Assembly: GCA_965207445.1 (NCBI GenBank) | Contig: CBDBLX010000002.1 | Location: 448,001-512,000 of the forward strand | DNA from: Nitrosopumilus sp. | Lineage (GTDB): Archaea > Thermoproteota > Nitrososphaeria > Nitrososphaerales > Nitrosopumilaceae | Direction of reading: 5' to 3' | Length of the DNA stretch: 64,000 bases | Shown: positions 11,300 to 21,321 of the stretch, piece after piece | Position numbering within the stretch: position 1 is the stretch's first letter | Layout of the letters: each line of letters starts with the position of its first letter | Notes under the pieces: model-generated | Seen by the model: the letters and a program-made list of their open reading frames with translations, nothing else | Told to the model about the DNA's origin: nothing | Database searches by the model: none | Program-made: the position numbers and the translations under genes

Positions 11300-12532
11300 A
11301 TGACAATTAGTCTTGTGTGCCGTGAGTGTAAAAAAACGTATGGCTCAGAGTTTCGTTATGTGTGTGATGAATGCTTTGGGCCACTTGATGTCATGTATGA
11401 TAATGTTGGTAGAATTGAGCGTAATACATTTACAACACGTGAGCAGACGTATTGGCGATATCATGAATTACTACCAATTGAGAACAAATCCAATATAATC
11501 AATATTGGAGCAGGAATGACTCCACTTTTGCGTGCTGACTCACTTGCAGAACAGTTAGGACTCAAAAATGTATATATAAAAAATGACTCTGTGAATCCTA
11601 CATTCTCATTTAAAGACAGGCCAGCAGGCGTGGCAGTATCAAAGGCAAAAGAGTTTGGTATGTCAAAGGTCGGATGTGCATCTACAGGCAATTTGGCATC
11701 TGCAACTGCTGCACATGCTGCAAAGGGAAATATGCCTTGCCATGTGTTTGCCCCTCACAGTATAGAGATGGTCAAGATAGCGCAAGCACTCTCTTATGGT
11801 GCTGACTTTGTTGCCGTTGATGGTACGTATGATGATGCAAATCGCATTGCAGCGCAAGCAGGTGACAGATTTGGCATTGGAGTTGTTAATATTAACATGA
11901 GATCATATTATGTAGAAGGATCCAAAACACTTGCATATGAGGTAGCAGAACAATTAGAATGGAATACACCTGATCACCTTTTAGTTCCCGTTGGTAGCGG
12001 TGCCATGCTCAATGCAATTTGTAAGGGATTCGAAGAGCTAGGCGCAGCATCACTACTGCACAACTCTGAGGATATATCACACATGAGAGTACATGCAGCA
12101 CAACCAAAGGGATGCGCACCTATAGTGGATGCATTCTCTAAAAACTCTGATACGGTATTTCCAGTCAAAACTCCTGATACTGTGGCAAAGAGTCTTGCAA
12201 TCGGTGATCCTGGTGATGGCAATTATGTCTTAAAACGTCTAAAACAGTACAATGGCGTTGCAATGGAGACTTCTGATGCTGAGATTGTTGATGCTATCTT
12301 GACACTTGCAAAGACTGAAGGAATATTTACAGAGCCTGCAGGTGGTGTTGCAATTGCCATGCTTCAAAAGATGGCAGAGCAAAAGATGATAGACCCCAGT
12401 GATACTGTGATATGTTATGTGACTGGTAATGGATTAAAGGCAACTGAGGCGATAATGGACTCACTTCAAAAACCCCGTGCCCTCAAAGCAGATGCTCAAG
12501 CAATAATTACAGAGGTTGAAAACCGTAGATGA
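11300..12532 (+). CDS. thrC: Threonine synthase (PLP)
   Basis: NPTFSFKDR PLP lysine, CASTGN, N-terminal Zn ribbon, VTGNGLK. Confidence 0.85.
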   Translation: MTISLVCRECKKTYGSEFRYVCDECFGPLDVMYDNVGRIERNTFTTREQTYWRYHELLPIENKSNIINIGAGMTPLLRADSLAEQLGLKNVYIKNDSVNPTFSFKDRPAGVAVSKAKEFGMSKVGCASTGNLASATAAHAAKGNMPCHVFAPHSIEMVKIAQALSYGADFVAVDGTYDDANRIAAQAGDRFGIGVVNINMRSYYVEGSKTLAYEVAEQLEWNTPDHLLVPVGSGAMLNAICKGFEELGAASLLHNSEDISHMRVHAAQPKGCAPIVDAFSKNSDTVFPVKTPDTVAKSLAIGDPGDGNYVLKRLKQYNGVAMETSDAEIVDAILTLAKTEGIFTEPAGGVAIAMLQKMAEQKMIDPSDTVICYVTGNGLKATEAIMDSLQKPRALKADAQAIITEVENRR

Positions 12533-13968
12533 GTGATATAGTATCGATAACTTTTGTTATTCCGTCTGTGTTAAATCCTGGTGGCGGCGGAGAAGAAAAG
12601 ATTCCAATTAATGTATCGTCATTGTCTGATGCATTTGCCAAAGTTGTAGATCTTCGTGGTCCTGATTTTGCAAGACGTGTAATGGAGCCTGATGGTAAGA
12701 CACCAAGACAACTAATCAATGTGTATGTAAATGGAAAGAATGCAAAGTTTGCAGGTGGAATGGATATGGCTTTGCAGGAAGGTGACGAGGTGTATATACT
12801 TCCTGCTGTTGCAGGTGGTGGTAATAGTGGCAGCAGTAGCAGCAGCTCTGTATCTGTATCTCAAGAGATTAATCACTCTGAAAATCAAACGATGGAACTA
12901 GACTCAAAAGATTTGGAGCGATTTTCACGCCAGGTCATGCTAGAGCAGATTGGATACAATGGCCAGTTAAAATTAAAACAAGCAAGGGTGTGTGTGGTCG
13001 GTTCAGGTGGGCTTGGAAATCCAATATGTGTTAGGTTGGCTACGATGGGTGTGGGACACTTGCGTATAATTGATCGTGATACAATAGAGTTGACTAACCT
13101 CCACAGACAGGTGCTCTTTGATGATGGCGATGTTGGCCAGGTCAAAGTAGAAGTTGCAGCGCGCAAGTTGCGTGCATTGGCGCCTGACTGTGATATCGAA
13201 CCCATTCCAATGTCAATTAGCGATGCAAATGCTGTTGATGCCATACGTGGTTGTGATGTTGTAGTTGATGCACTTGATAGTGTAAATGCTAGATATGCTC
13301 TGAACAAGGCATGCATAAAACTTGGCATTCCATTTGTGACTGGTGCTGCTGTGGGTGTCTCTGGACAGGTATTTACAATATTGCCAAAAAAGACTGCTTG
13401 CTATTATTGCATGTTTCCTGACTTAAATGAGGATGAGATGCCAACATGTAGTATCGAGGGTGTTCATCCATCTATACTGTCAGTGGTAGGTGGAATTGAA
13501 GTATCAGAAACTGTTAATATTATAATGGGCAAAGATCCTGTTTTATCTGAGCGCATACTTCACATTGATATTGAAGAGATGAACTTTAACAAGACTAGAA
13601 CGTTTCGTGCAGCAGAATGTCCAGTATGTGGGGATAACATACAAACAGAAAATGTCAAACTAGTACCTGAGAACACACAAAAAGCACAACAACTCATACT
13701 AGAAGAGTTGTGTGGCAGAAATAGAGGCAAGCGAACATTTGCAATCACCCCACCTGTCTCTTTTGATGTAGATGTGGATGCCATATCAAACATGGCACGA
13801 CAAAAGGGATTTTTGGTGGAGAATCAAGGAGACTTGGGGTTGTCGATGCGTACTTTAGAGTTCTCAGTTAGTGTAATGAAGAAAGGCTCTGCAGTGGTAG
13901 TAGGTGCAAAAGATGAACAAGGTGCGATCAATCTGTACAATGATCTGATTAAAAATACCCAAAACTAA
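12529..13968 (+). CDS. MoaD/SAMP ubiquitin-like domain fused to ThiF/MoeB adenylyltransferase
   Basis: N-terminal beta-grasp ending ILPAVAGG; RFSRQ, GSGGLG, TNLHRQ and CxxC motifs. Confidence 0.85.
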   Translation: MSDIVSITFVIPSVLNPGGGGEEKIPINVSSLSDAFAKVVDLRGPDFARRVMEPDGKTPRQLINVYVNGKNAKFAGGMDMALQEGDEVYILPAVAGGGNSGSSSSSSVSVSQEINHSENQTMELDSKDLERFSRQVMLEQIGYNGQLKLKQARVCVVGSGGLGNPICVRLATMGVGHLRIIDRDTIELTNLHRQVLFDDGDVGQVKVEVAARKLRALAPDCDIEPIPMSISDANAVDAIRGCDVVVDALDSVNARYALNKACIKLGIPFVTGAAVGVSGQVFTILPKKTACYYCMFPDLNEDEMPTCSIEGVHPSILSVVGGIEVSETVNIIMGKDPVLSERILHIDIEEMNFNKTRTFRAAECPVCGDNIQTENVKLVPENTQKAQQLILEELCGRNRGKRTFAITPPVSFDVDVDAISNMARQKGFLVENQGDLGLSMRTLEFSVSVMKKGSAVVVGAKDEQGAINLYNDLIKNTQN

Positions 13969-14060
13969 CTTTGCAATATTCCATTTAATATTACTATGAT
14001 ATCGTATTTAGAATTTATTTAATTATATAATTTTATAAAATATATTTAAATTAGTATGAT

Positions 14061-14657
14061 CTAAATTTGTACAAGTGTGAGTCTTGTCTCTACATTTGTT
14101 TTGATATGATCCTCTGGGATCATCTCAGGTGATGGTGGTGGTGGTGCATGTATTGACACATCAGCTATAACTCTGGCTCCAATCTCTGTCCATCTTTGTG
14201 ACATATTGCGCAGTTTTCGTTTATCGTCAATTACCGTCTCACTTTGGGCAGACCACTCACAACTCATAATGTATTTTTTTGCAACTCTGTGCATCTCGCG
14301 CATTCCACACAACATCGTATCATCTGGTAGATAATTTAGCAACCTATGGGTAAATATCATATCGACTGCCGAGTCTGCAAATGGCATGCAGGTGATCATT
14401 GCCATTACTCCTTGTATGTGTGGAATTGTGTTTTTTGCAGACTTGACTGCATTATAATTGGGATCAAGTCCACACGTGATTATACTATCTGGTACGAGTC
14501 TGAGGTCTATACCCGTACCACAACCTACTTCTAGTATACTTGTACAGTTCATCTCATTTATGGTGTATACTATTCTGCCTGCAAACTCTGCATCATATCT
14601 TAACTCGTTGAGATTTGCGTACTTGTCCCAAAACTCTTTGTCATATGTGTTTGTCAT
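14061..14657 (-). CDS. Class I SAM-dependent methyltransferase
   Basis: ILEVGCGTG motif I; PFADSAVD. Confidence 0.8.
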   Translation of the reverse strand: MTNTYDKEFWDKYANLNELRYDAEFAGRIVYTINEMNCTSILEVGCGTGIDLRLVPDSIITCGLDPNYNAVKSAKNTIPHIQGVMAMITCMPFADSAVDMIFTHRLLNYLPDDTMLCGMREMHRVAKKYIMSCEWSAQSETVIDDKRKLRNMSQRWTEIGARVIADVSIHAPPPPSPEMIPEDHIKTNVETRLTLVQI

Positions 14658-14668
14658 ATTGTAATCAT

Positions 14669-14812
14669 TTAATTAGTGCATTCACATTTACATTTTACCA
14701 TCGTGGTGTCAAATGTACAGTCATGCATGCCATCATCACTTGTACTACTTGCAACTGGAATCTCACCCATGCATTCACTATGCCTGTTTTTTTTACAAAA
14801 CCAACATATCAT
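14669..14812 (-). CDS. 47-aa Cys-rich protein, below the ORF-track cutoff
   Basis: Manual translation MICWFCKKNRHSECMGEIPVASSTSDDGMHDCTFDTTMVKCKCECTN; same strand between ilvE and the methyltransferase. Confidence 0.6.
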   Translation of the reverse strand: MICWFCKKNRHSECMGEIPVASSTSDDGMHDCTFDTTMVKCKCECTN

Positions 14813-14890
14813 TACTGTTTCTTCATTTACAGCGCAGCTTGTCATTGTACTGTATTATTATACACCATCTAAAAAACTAATCTTTGACAA

Positions 14891-15805
14891 TTAAATGAAC
14901 GTGAGCCACTGATCAAATCTCTTGTCTTGCCCCATTGTGGCTTTACCGTACAGTTTTTGTAATTGCTTGGTTATGTTTCCGATCTTGCCACTACCTATCA
15001 CTGCATTGTCAATATATGTGACTGATTTGACTTCTGCTGCTGTTCCTGCCATGAATACCTCTTGTGCTGTGTATAAATCATCTCTATAAAGATCATACTC
15101 TAATATATCCAAACCTTCTAACTTTGCAATTTGCATCACACTGTCTCTAGTGATGCCCCTAAGACATCCTGTTGAGAGTGGTGGTGTTAGTATTTTGTCA
15201 TCTCTATATATAAAGATGTTTTCAGCACTTCCCTCCGTTACTTTGCCATCTGCATTGAGCATGATTGCCTCATCATACCCGTTATCAAGTGCTTCCATTC
15301 TAGCAAGTGCGGCATTTGAATAATTTGCTGCTGCCTTTGCTTGTATTGGTTGTGAACGTGAGTCGATTCTAACCCAACTTGATACCTTACACTTGGCACC
15401 GGTAAACTTGCCTGCTTTTGACTCGCCCATCTTCCACGGCCAACACGATATCGATACATCAACTTTGTTCTTTGTGGGTGTGAGTCCCATCTCCCCATAT
15501 CCGTAATATGCTAGTGGACGAATATAGCACTCTTTGTGGTTTGATGCACGTATGGTATCAATTATTGCATCTGTTATCTGTTTTTTGGTATATCTCATCT
15601 TCATAGAGTATAATTTTGCAGAACGAAATAATCGTTCTATATGATCATCGAGTCTAAATATGGCAGGGCCGTTTGGTGTATTGTAACATCTTATACCTTC
15701 AAAAATGGATGTAGAGTAATGCAACGCATGCGTCAATACGTGTACCTTGGCATCTGCAAATGGAACTAGTTTACCATTCATCCATATCTTGCCTGTCTCT
15801 TTCAT
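14891..15805 (-). CDS. ilvE: Branched-chain amino acid aminotransferase
   Basis: HALHYSTSIFEGIR, EGSAENIF, LRGITR, GTAAEV. Confidence 0.95.
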   Translation of the reverse strand: MKETGKIWMNGKLVPFADAKVHVLTHALHYSTSIFEGIRCYNTPNGPAIFRLDDHIERLFRSAKLYSMKMRYTKKQITDAIIDTIRASNHKECYIRPLAYYGYGEMGLTPTKNKVDVSISCWPWKMGESKAGKFTGAKCKVSSWVRIDSRSQPIQAKAAANYSNAALARMEALDNGYDEAIMLNADGKVTEGSAENIFIYRDDKILTPPLSTGCLRGITRDSVMQIAKLEGLDILEYDLYRDDLYTAQEVFMAGTAAEVKSVTYIDNAVIGSGKIGNITKQLQKLYGKATMGQDKRFDQWLTFI

Positions 15806-15923
15806 AGCGGAGCCTCAACACATGCTAATTTAAAGAATTCAACTCGTGTGTGTGATGGTGGTGTTAAATTGATTAGTAGCGTCATACACAAAACTAGAAA
15901 TTATAATACTGCATATGTGATGT

Positions 15924-16127
15924 GTGGACTGGACACTTGGTATTACTGCAATTGTATTGTTGAGTATAGGTCTTGTAGGACAAGCAATTGAGATGCGTCG
16001 CATGCGTGTTGTACAGTATGGTGATGAAATGGGCTCACCTAACATATTTGTGCATCGTAATAACTTCAAATGGTATGCGCTAATTGGTGCTGCGATAATA
16101 CTTTGGTATGTGGCTGAGACGATCTAG
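15924..16127 (+). CDS. Small two-TM membrane protein
   Basis: Two hydrophobic helices. Confidence 0.6.
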   Translation: MDWTLGITAIVLLSIGLVGQAIEMRRMRVVQYGDEMGSPNIFVHRNNFKWYALIGAAIILWYVAETI

Positions 16128-16559
16128 TAATTGATCATTTTTATCTACTGTATGGTGCCAATCTCTTCAATAATTTTGTGTGGTTTTTAGAGTTTGGTGT
16201 GTATACTTGGCAAAAGTTTCTCATAAATGCATGTGCATCATATACTGCAACAGCTCTGAGATGTGGATCTTTAGAATAGTTTGCATATGTTTGATTTTAA
16301 TGATATGTATATTTACTTGGAACTATATAGATCAGCCATATATACTCAAATTACTAATACATATTATGCGTGTTTAGGGTAACGCCAGGGTTGAATCATG
16401 ATAAAGGCCCGAGAACAAACCCCAAATATGGCGGATAACGGAAAAACCGTTAACGCCAATTATTCTTTTAATTTTATGTAAAGTGTCTTGTGTGATTTAT
16501 GTTTGTGATTTATGTTTATGATTTATTATATATGATCTTGTATAATAGATTGCCAATTA

Positions 16560-18086
16560 TCATCTTAATGCTGTGGAATTAATTAACGTGATCTCATCGT
16601 GTATTGATGATATTGCTTTTGCGACATTGTCTTGTGTATCCTCTATTACGATAATGATCCTAGATGTCTCTTCTTGTGCATCAATATTTAATATGTTGAG
16701 TCCTGTTTCTCCTACACGTGCGCTTGTACGTGATGCCACTTGTTGTACACGCCACATTTCATCCCCGATCAAAGTTATGACACCGCGCCTGTATGTTATG
16801 GTCGCAAGAGGATCAAAACTCTTAAAATATTTTTCATTGTTTTTGATGTAATCTGCATCCAAGAATAGTATGCGGCTGAATTCTATCTCGTCTTTTGTGT
16901 ATGGTGACAGTATGACAAATTCGCTATACCTCTTGTCTTTTTCAAGTGATGCAAGTAATTTCTGAACTGCAGTAGTTTCTATTCTGAATATTGCACAGTT
17001 AGATTTACCTGTGACCATTTTAATGGGGTTCTCTGTTTGTTGTTTTTCTGGATTTTTAGTTCTAGTTATGATGGTGGTCTTTTCAGGTTTGTTGAGGTTT
17101 GTCACTATGATGGGCATGTCAACCCCGTTTTCTACCACCTCTTTGATGGCAACAGGATCTAATATCTTCATGCCAAACATACCGGCTAGTCTGGCCTCAT
17201 TATATGATAACTGGTCAACTTCACTTAGGTTATGTTTGACTATCTTTGGATCTGCTGATACAACTGCACTGTCTTTCTCAAAGTTTATTCTTGTATTGTA
17301 TTGTTTGTGGTATAGTATTCCCAAATCTACTGCTGTACGATCTGTTCCGCCGCGCTCATATGTTGTAATGATGCCTTGTTCTGTCTTGCCGATAAATCCG
17401 CCAATAGTTACGACCTCATTTGCATCTAGTATGGCGTGCATTGCAGTCATCTTTCTATTTGACTCTGTTAACAAAAAGTTTGCAGATTCGACATTGTTGT
17501 CAGTTATGATGGGCCAGTCCTCAATTTTCACAGAGTCAGCTTTTATACCATTATGAGTTAGTATGTATTTCATAATATGTGACATTAAGATCTCACCTGA
17601 AAATGCAAGTGACTTTGATCGGATCTCGCCTGTGAACTTTATGTCTTTGTTGTTGCTGTTGCTGTTGGCATTATCATCCTCATTATTATTATTGTTGCTG
17701 CCAATGATCGTATCGAGTGCACTTTGCACTTGTGCCAAGTTATCATCTACAAGTTTGTAACATTGCTGTTCTAGTTGCTCTGAGCCACTCAGGTACTTTT
17801 GTATTATGTTTGAGTATGTATTGCGTATTGAATCAAGTGAGACTTGAGATGCACGGTTTGGGTCTTGTGCATTTCTACCTTGCTCTAGCATCACATCTGT
17901 CAATGAACAAATCTTTGTGTTGTTATTATTGTGATCTGTGATTTTAGCAAGGGGTGCTGAGAATACTGCAATTACCTTTGTAGATTCTGCTTTTAACTCA
18001 TTTATGCGCTCTATGATTCTTGGTATGTACACTCCATCAGGACCAAGCGCACTACCACCGAACTTTGCTATTACTAGGTCAGTCAT
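16560..18086 (-). CDS. lysC: Aspartate kinase
   Basis: AKFGGS, ERGGTD, SADPK, LSYNEA; C-terminal ACT-like domains. Confidence 0.85.
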   Translation of the reverse strand: MTDLVIAKFGGSALGPDGVYIPRIIERINELKAESTKVIAVFSAPLAKITDHNNNNTKICSLTDVMLEQGRNAQDPNRASQVSLDSIRNTYSNIIQKYLSGSEQLEQQCYKLVDDNLAQVQSALDTIIGSNNNNNEDDNANSNSNNKDIKFTGEIRSKSLAFSGEILMSHIMKYILTHNGIKADSVKIEDWPIITDNNVESANFLLTESNRKMTAMHAILDANEVVTIGGFIGKTEQGIITTYERGGTDRTAVDLGILYHKQYNTRINFEKDSAVVSADPKIVKHNLSEVDQLSYNEARLAGMFGMKILDPVAIKEVVENGVDMPIIVTNLNKPEKTTIITRTKNPEKQQTENPIKMVTGKSNCAIFRIETTAVQKLLASLEKDKRYSEFVILSPYTKDEIEFSRILFLDADYIKNNEKYFKSFDPLATITYRRGVITLIGDEMWRVQQVASRTSARVGETGLNILNIDAQEETSRIIIVIEDTQDNVAKAISSIHDEITLINSTALR

Positions 18087-18221
18087 CTGTTGTTGTGTGT
18101 ATTGTATACGTCTATATGTTAATTGTTATGTTATTGGCATTTGATTGTGCCAAATTATTGTAGCATGGTCATAAATTTGACCTAAAATTATTTCTATTTT
18201 GAGCCTATTTGGCACATTGAA

Positions 18222-19310
18222 TCATAAACTTAAAATTAATTCTGCTGCTCTTTTGGCCCCACTTGTGTCTTTGTTTGAGATCGGTCTTCCTCTCTGTTCT
18301 GCAAGTTTTGCTATAATTATGTCCTCTAGTCTGTTTGCATCTGTTGCTGTCAATCCTCCATTTTCTGCTGCATTTTGTTCTTGTTCAAAATGACCTTTAA
18401 TGGGAATAAATATTGATGGAGTACCTGTTGATGCTGCCTCTTGTATGGTCGAGCGGCCTGCTAGTGATATTAGAATATCTGCTGCCAAAATGTATTCATG
18501 TAAATTACTAACATATTTTATTATCTTGATGTCTTTGTGTGTGTTATTGATGCTTTGTATGTTGATATTTTGTGTATTGATACTAGGGCCTAGTACAATT
18601 ATTGTGTATATTTTATGATCTTTTTTAATTACATCTATTGCATAAAGAGCCTTTTTTAACAAAAATATTCCTGCATCCGTACCACCTACTGTTACCAGTA
18701 TGGTTTTTTTATTATGTAGATTATAGATGTCGCGCAACTCTTCTCTTGTCTTACTAAATGTTCTTGTTATTGGTCCTAGTCTATGAATTTCATCTTTGTT
18801 GTCTTTTTGATTCTCTGGCATTATTACCATGTTGCATTGTTTTATCATACTGCACATTGACTTGTTCATTTTTGATTCTATTGCAGTGCCTGGCCATCTA
18901 TTTGCAAACTTTGTGTTTAAAATGTCAGTTACAAGAACGTTTTTTATTTTCATATTTTGTGCTATACAAAGTGCTGCAAAGTCCTCATCACTGACCACTA
19001 TGTCTGGACTATCTGACTCTATGATACTTTTTGCCAGCTTTTTACAGTTTTTGTAATATTGGTAATAACTCCACATCCATCTTATTGGACTTTGAAGATT
19101 ACCCGTAAACTGATCTATTTTAAATTTTGGCGGTACATACACATCACATACTGTGCCTATTTTTGTATCTGCAAGTAATTGTGCGGCGGCTTGGCCTGTA
19201 ATGAATTTAATTTCTGACTTTTTACTCAAATATGATGCAATTGCTGCGTCGCGTGTAGCGTGTCCTAGTCCGATAGGGCTTGTAAAAAAACTGATCTTTT
19301 TATTTGACAT
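18222..19310 (-). CDS. GT28/MurG-like glycosyltransferase
   Basis: GLGHATR, VTVGGT, AGRSTIQEA, HFEQEQNA. Confidence 0.8.
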   Translation of the reverse strand: MSNKKISFFTSPIGLGHATRDAAIASYLSKKSEIKFITGQAAAQLLADTKIGTVCDVYVPPKFKIDQFTGNLQSPIRWMWSYYQYYKNCKKLAKSIIESDSPDIVVSDEDFAALCIAQNMKIKNVLVTDILNTKFANRWPGTAIESKMNKSMCSMIKQCNMVIMPENQKDNKDEIHRLGPITRTFSKTREELRDIYNLHNKKTILVTVGGTDAGIFLLKKALYAIDVIKKDHKIYTIIVLGPSINTQNINIQSINNTHKDIKIIKYVSNLHEYILAADILISLAGRSTIQEAASTGTPSIFIPIKGHFEQEQNAAENGGLTATDANRLEDIIIAKLAEQRGRPISNKDTSGAKRAAELILSL

Positions 19311-19495
19311 GTGTGTTATTGGGCTAGTGTAAATTTTTAGCTTGTTATTTGTGTACGTAAACACTACACATTAATTATTGTGTTGTTTTTGTAAAATGTA
19401 TTTGAGTTTGTACATTTTGTAGTTGTTATTGTTGTTGATACGTGTACACGGACTTTTTCGTCAAGATTTAAATGCATTTTTACAGTCCTAATTTT

Positions 19496-19570
19496 GGGCT
19501 CATAGTCCAGATCGGTTATGACGTCGCCCTTACACGGCGAAGATCCGGGGTTCAAATCCCCGTGGGCCCA
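19496..19570 (+). tRNA. tRNA-Val (anticodon TAC)
   Basis: GGGCTCA...TGGGCCC-A acceptor; anticodon arm TCGCC-CT TAC AC-GGCGA; GTTCAAATC T-loop. Confidence 0.95.
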
Positions 19571-19724
19571 TTCCCATTTGGGTTCAGGTCCATTTGTGTT
19601 GCTTGTCTTTTTGTTATATGGCACGACCTTGCCGTGAGGTTGGTGCGTAATGGTTTCATTAAAGATCCGATAGTTTTCTAATATTTTGTATTCATAATAT
19701 GTGCTCAACTTTCTCCATTATCAA

Positions 19725-19764
19725 AACAAACCAAGATTGCATCAATCTTGTTTAGGGGTTGATG
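19725..19764 (+). repeat. Degenerate orphan copy of the hsdS QTKIASILSGVD repeat
   Basis: AACAAACCAAGATTGCATCAATC then TTGTTTAGGGGTTGATG, matching the hsdS repeats with few changes. Confidence 0.8.
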
Positions 19765-19843
19765 TAATTCTCGGTGGAGTTTCACGTGTCAAGATGCATG
19801 TAATACAATTAACCTTTTTAAAGTTCACGAGAGTACTAATGAC

Positions 19844-20056
19844 ATGGGCACAACAATACAAAAAAAGACATACACAGTTGTCCTAACCAAGGACTTGGAG
19901 GATGGTGGATTTGTAGGTACATGTGACGAGCTTCATGCAGTGTCCGAAGGTGATACGTTCGGTGAAGTGATGTCCAATATGCGAGAAGCAGTAGAACTTG
20001 CGGCCGAGGTGAGTGGCAACATAACTGACTTTAACATGCTAATAGTGGAGAAGTAA
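19844..20056 (+). CDS. hicB: HicB-family antitoxin (short, no DNA-binding domain)
   Basis: YTVVLTKDLEDGGFVGTCDELHAVSEGDTFGEVMSNMREAV. Confidence 0.85.
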   Translation: MGTTIQKKTYTVVLTKDLEDGGFVGTCDELHAVSEGDTFGEVMSNMREAVELAAEVSGNITDFNMLIVEK

Positions 20057-20281
20057 TGTCAAAATTTCCGCTAGTGTCGGGTAACCAGATGATGCGATAT
20101 TTGCAAAAAGGGATTTGTCATAACTCGGCAAAGTGGTAGTCACATAATACTACGTAATGTAGACCACGTCACAGTTGTACCTGTGGGAAACAAAAAACTC
20201 AGAATTGGAACTCAGTTTTCCATACTTTTGTATGCATGGATCGATAAAGACTTGTTTTCCAATGAATATGATCAAATTTAG
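20056..20281 (+). pseudogene. hicA: Frameshifted HicA toxin
   Basis: MSKFPLVSGNQMMRYLQK, frame change at ~20105-20112, then GFVITRQSGSHIILRN... Confidence 0.75.
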
Positions 20282-20323
20282 TACACAGGCATGTTAAATA
20301 GAAATTTTTTGAGCGTACGTCAC

Positions 20324-20395
20324 TTGATTAAGTCAGTACATAAGAAAAGCATGGTTTTGTTTGAAGTCTCAATCAAGTCTATGGCGACGAGCATA
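20324..20395 (+). pseudogene. Relic 5' end of a tyrosine recombinase
   Basis: LIKSVHKKSMVLFEVSIKS aligns by eye with MIKPIRQRSLILFEESIKS at 22947. Confidence 0.65.
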
Positions 20396-20776
20396 AGTCC
20401 GTGTACGCCATTTTTACACGATTTTATGCCTGAAAAGATCATATCAGTAGTTCAAAAAGTATAGCGGTGTTTGAGTCCGGATTCGGGTACATTGTCACTA
20501 TGTGTTGTTTGTAAGGTCAGTGACATGATTGCGAGGTAGAAAACATATGTATCATATATCTGATCAGGCAGGTTTGCAAGCCCGGTTCAGCGCGAGGTTG
20601 GTGCGTAATTGACATTTGGACTGCCTGTGACCCGTCTGTGAACTTGGTTTATTGAACATTCAATCTGCAGAAAACTGAAATCTATCTATAGTGCGTTTAG
20701 TTTTTGAATATGCAAGTGTGTTTTGGCAGACATAGATTATAGAACATGAAACGCGCAAGTGTGATAACAGTATCTA

Positions 20777-20986
20777 TCATTTGTATGATGGAGTTTTTTG
20801 CCCTTTTTCATGAGCGCAGATAAATCTGTTCAGGACGTTGATATTCCATGCAATCGATAGTATTTTGCCAAACCGCTTTCTGTTTTTGGCCAAACGCATG
20901 CGACGGTGATCAGACTCACTTGATGGTTTGATCTGCTCAGAGCAGTATCTGTACAGCGTAATTTCACATACTTCACTTGACTTCAT
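20777..20986 (-). CDS. Small hypothetical protein
   Basis: 69-aa ORF divergent from 21088. Confidence 0.4.
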   Translation of the reverse strand: MKSSEVCEITLYRYCSEQIKPSSESDHRRMRLAKNRKRFGKILSIAWNINVLNRFICAHEKGQKTPSYK

Positions 20987-21087
20987 GTTGTTGTATTATG
21001 CGATAACGTGGCATATATAACTATCGTAGAAACGTATAACATGCCAAGCTTTAAACGCAGTATCATCTGACACGATAACAACACACC

Positions 21088-21315
21088 ATGACGCTGAGCA
21101 TTAAGATTGCAAGGGGCAAAGAGTACCTGTACTTTCAGGCAGGCAAGGAGTCTCTGTATATCTGTCCCAAGGACAACCCTGCAAAGGTAAAGATGGAGAA
21201 CTTGACTAGGGCGCTTGAACATACACGGGAGAGGATGAATCACTATGCAGACTCATACGAAGAACTTCTTCAGTTATTGCCCTCCAAAGACCGTAAATCA
21301 TATTCAAGGAGGTAA
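21088..21315 (+). CDS. Small basic protein of mobile-element type (possible DNA-binding protein or directionality factor)
   Basis: KIARGKEYLYF beta-hairpin-like start plus helix; 6 nt upstream of hsdS. Confidence 0.55.
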   Translation: MTLSIKIARGKEYLYFQAGKESLYICPKDNPAKVKMENLTRALEHTRERMNHYADSYEELLQLLPSKDRKSYSRR

Positions 21316-21321
21316 GATATT

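Noticed and set aside
16378..16440. GGGTAACGCCAGGGTT and GCGGATAAC resemble lacZ-alpha/M13 vector sequence
   Set aside because: Matches are only 16 and 9 nt, with no further vector sequence; treated as chance.
19364..19708. ORFs overlapping tRNA-Val (also 50453-50659 over tRNA-Ala)
   Set aside because: Spurious frames across tRNA genes.
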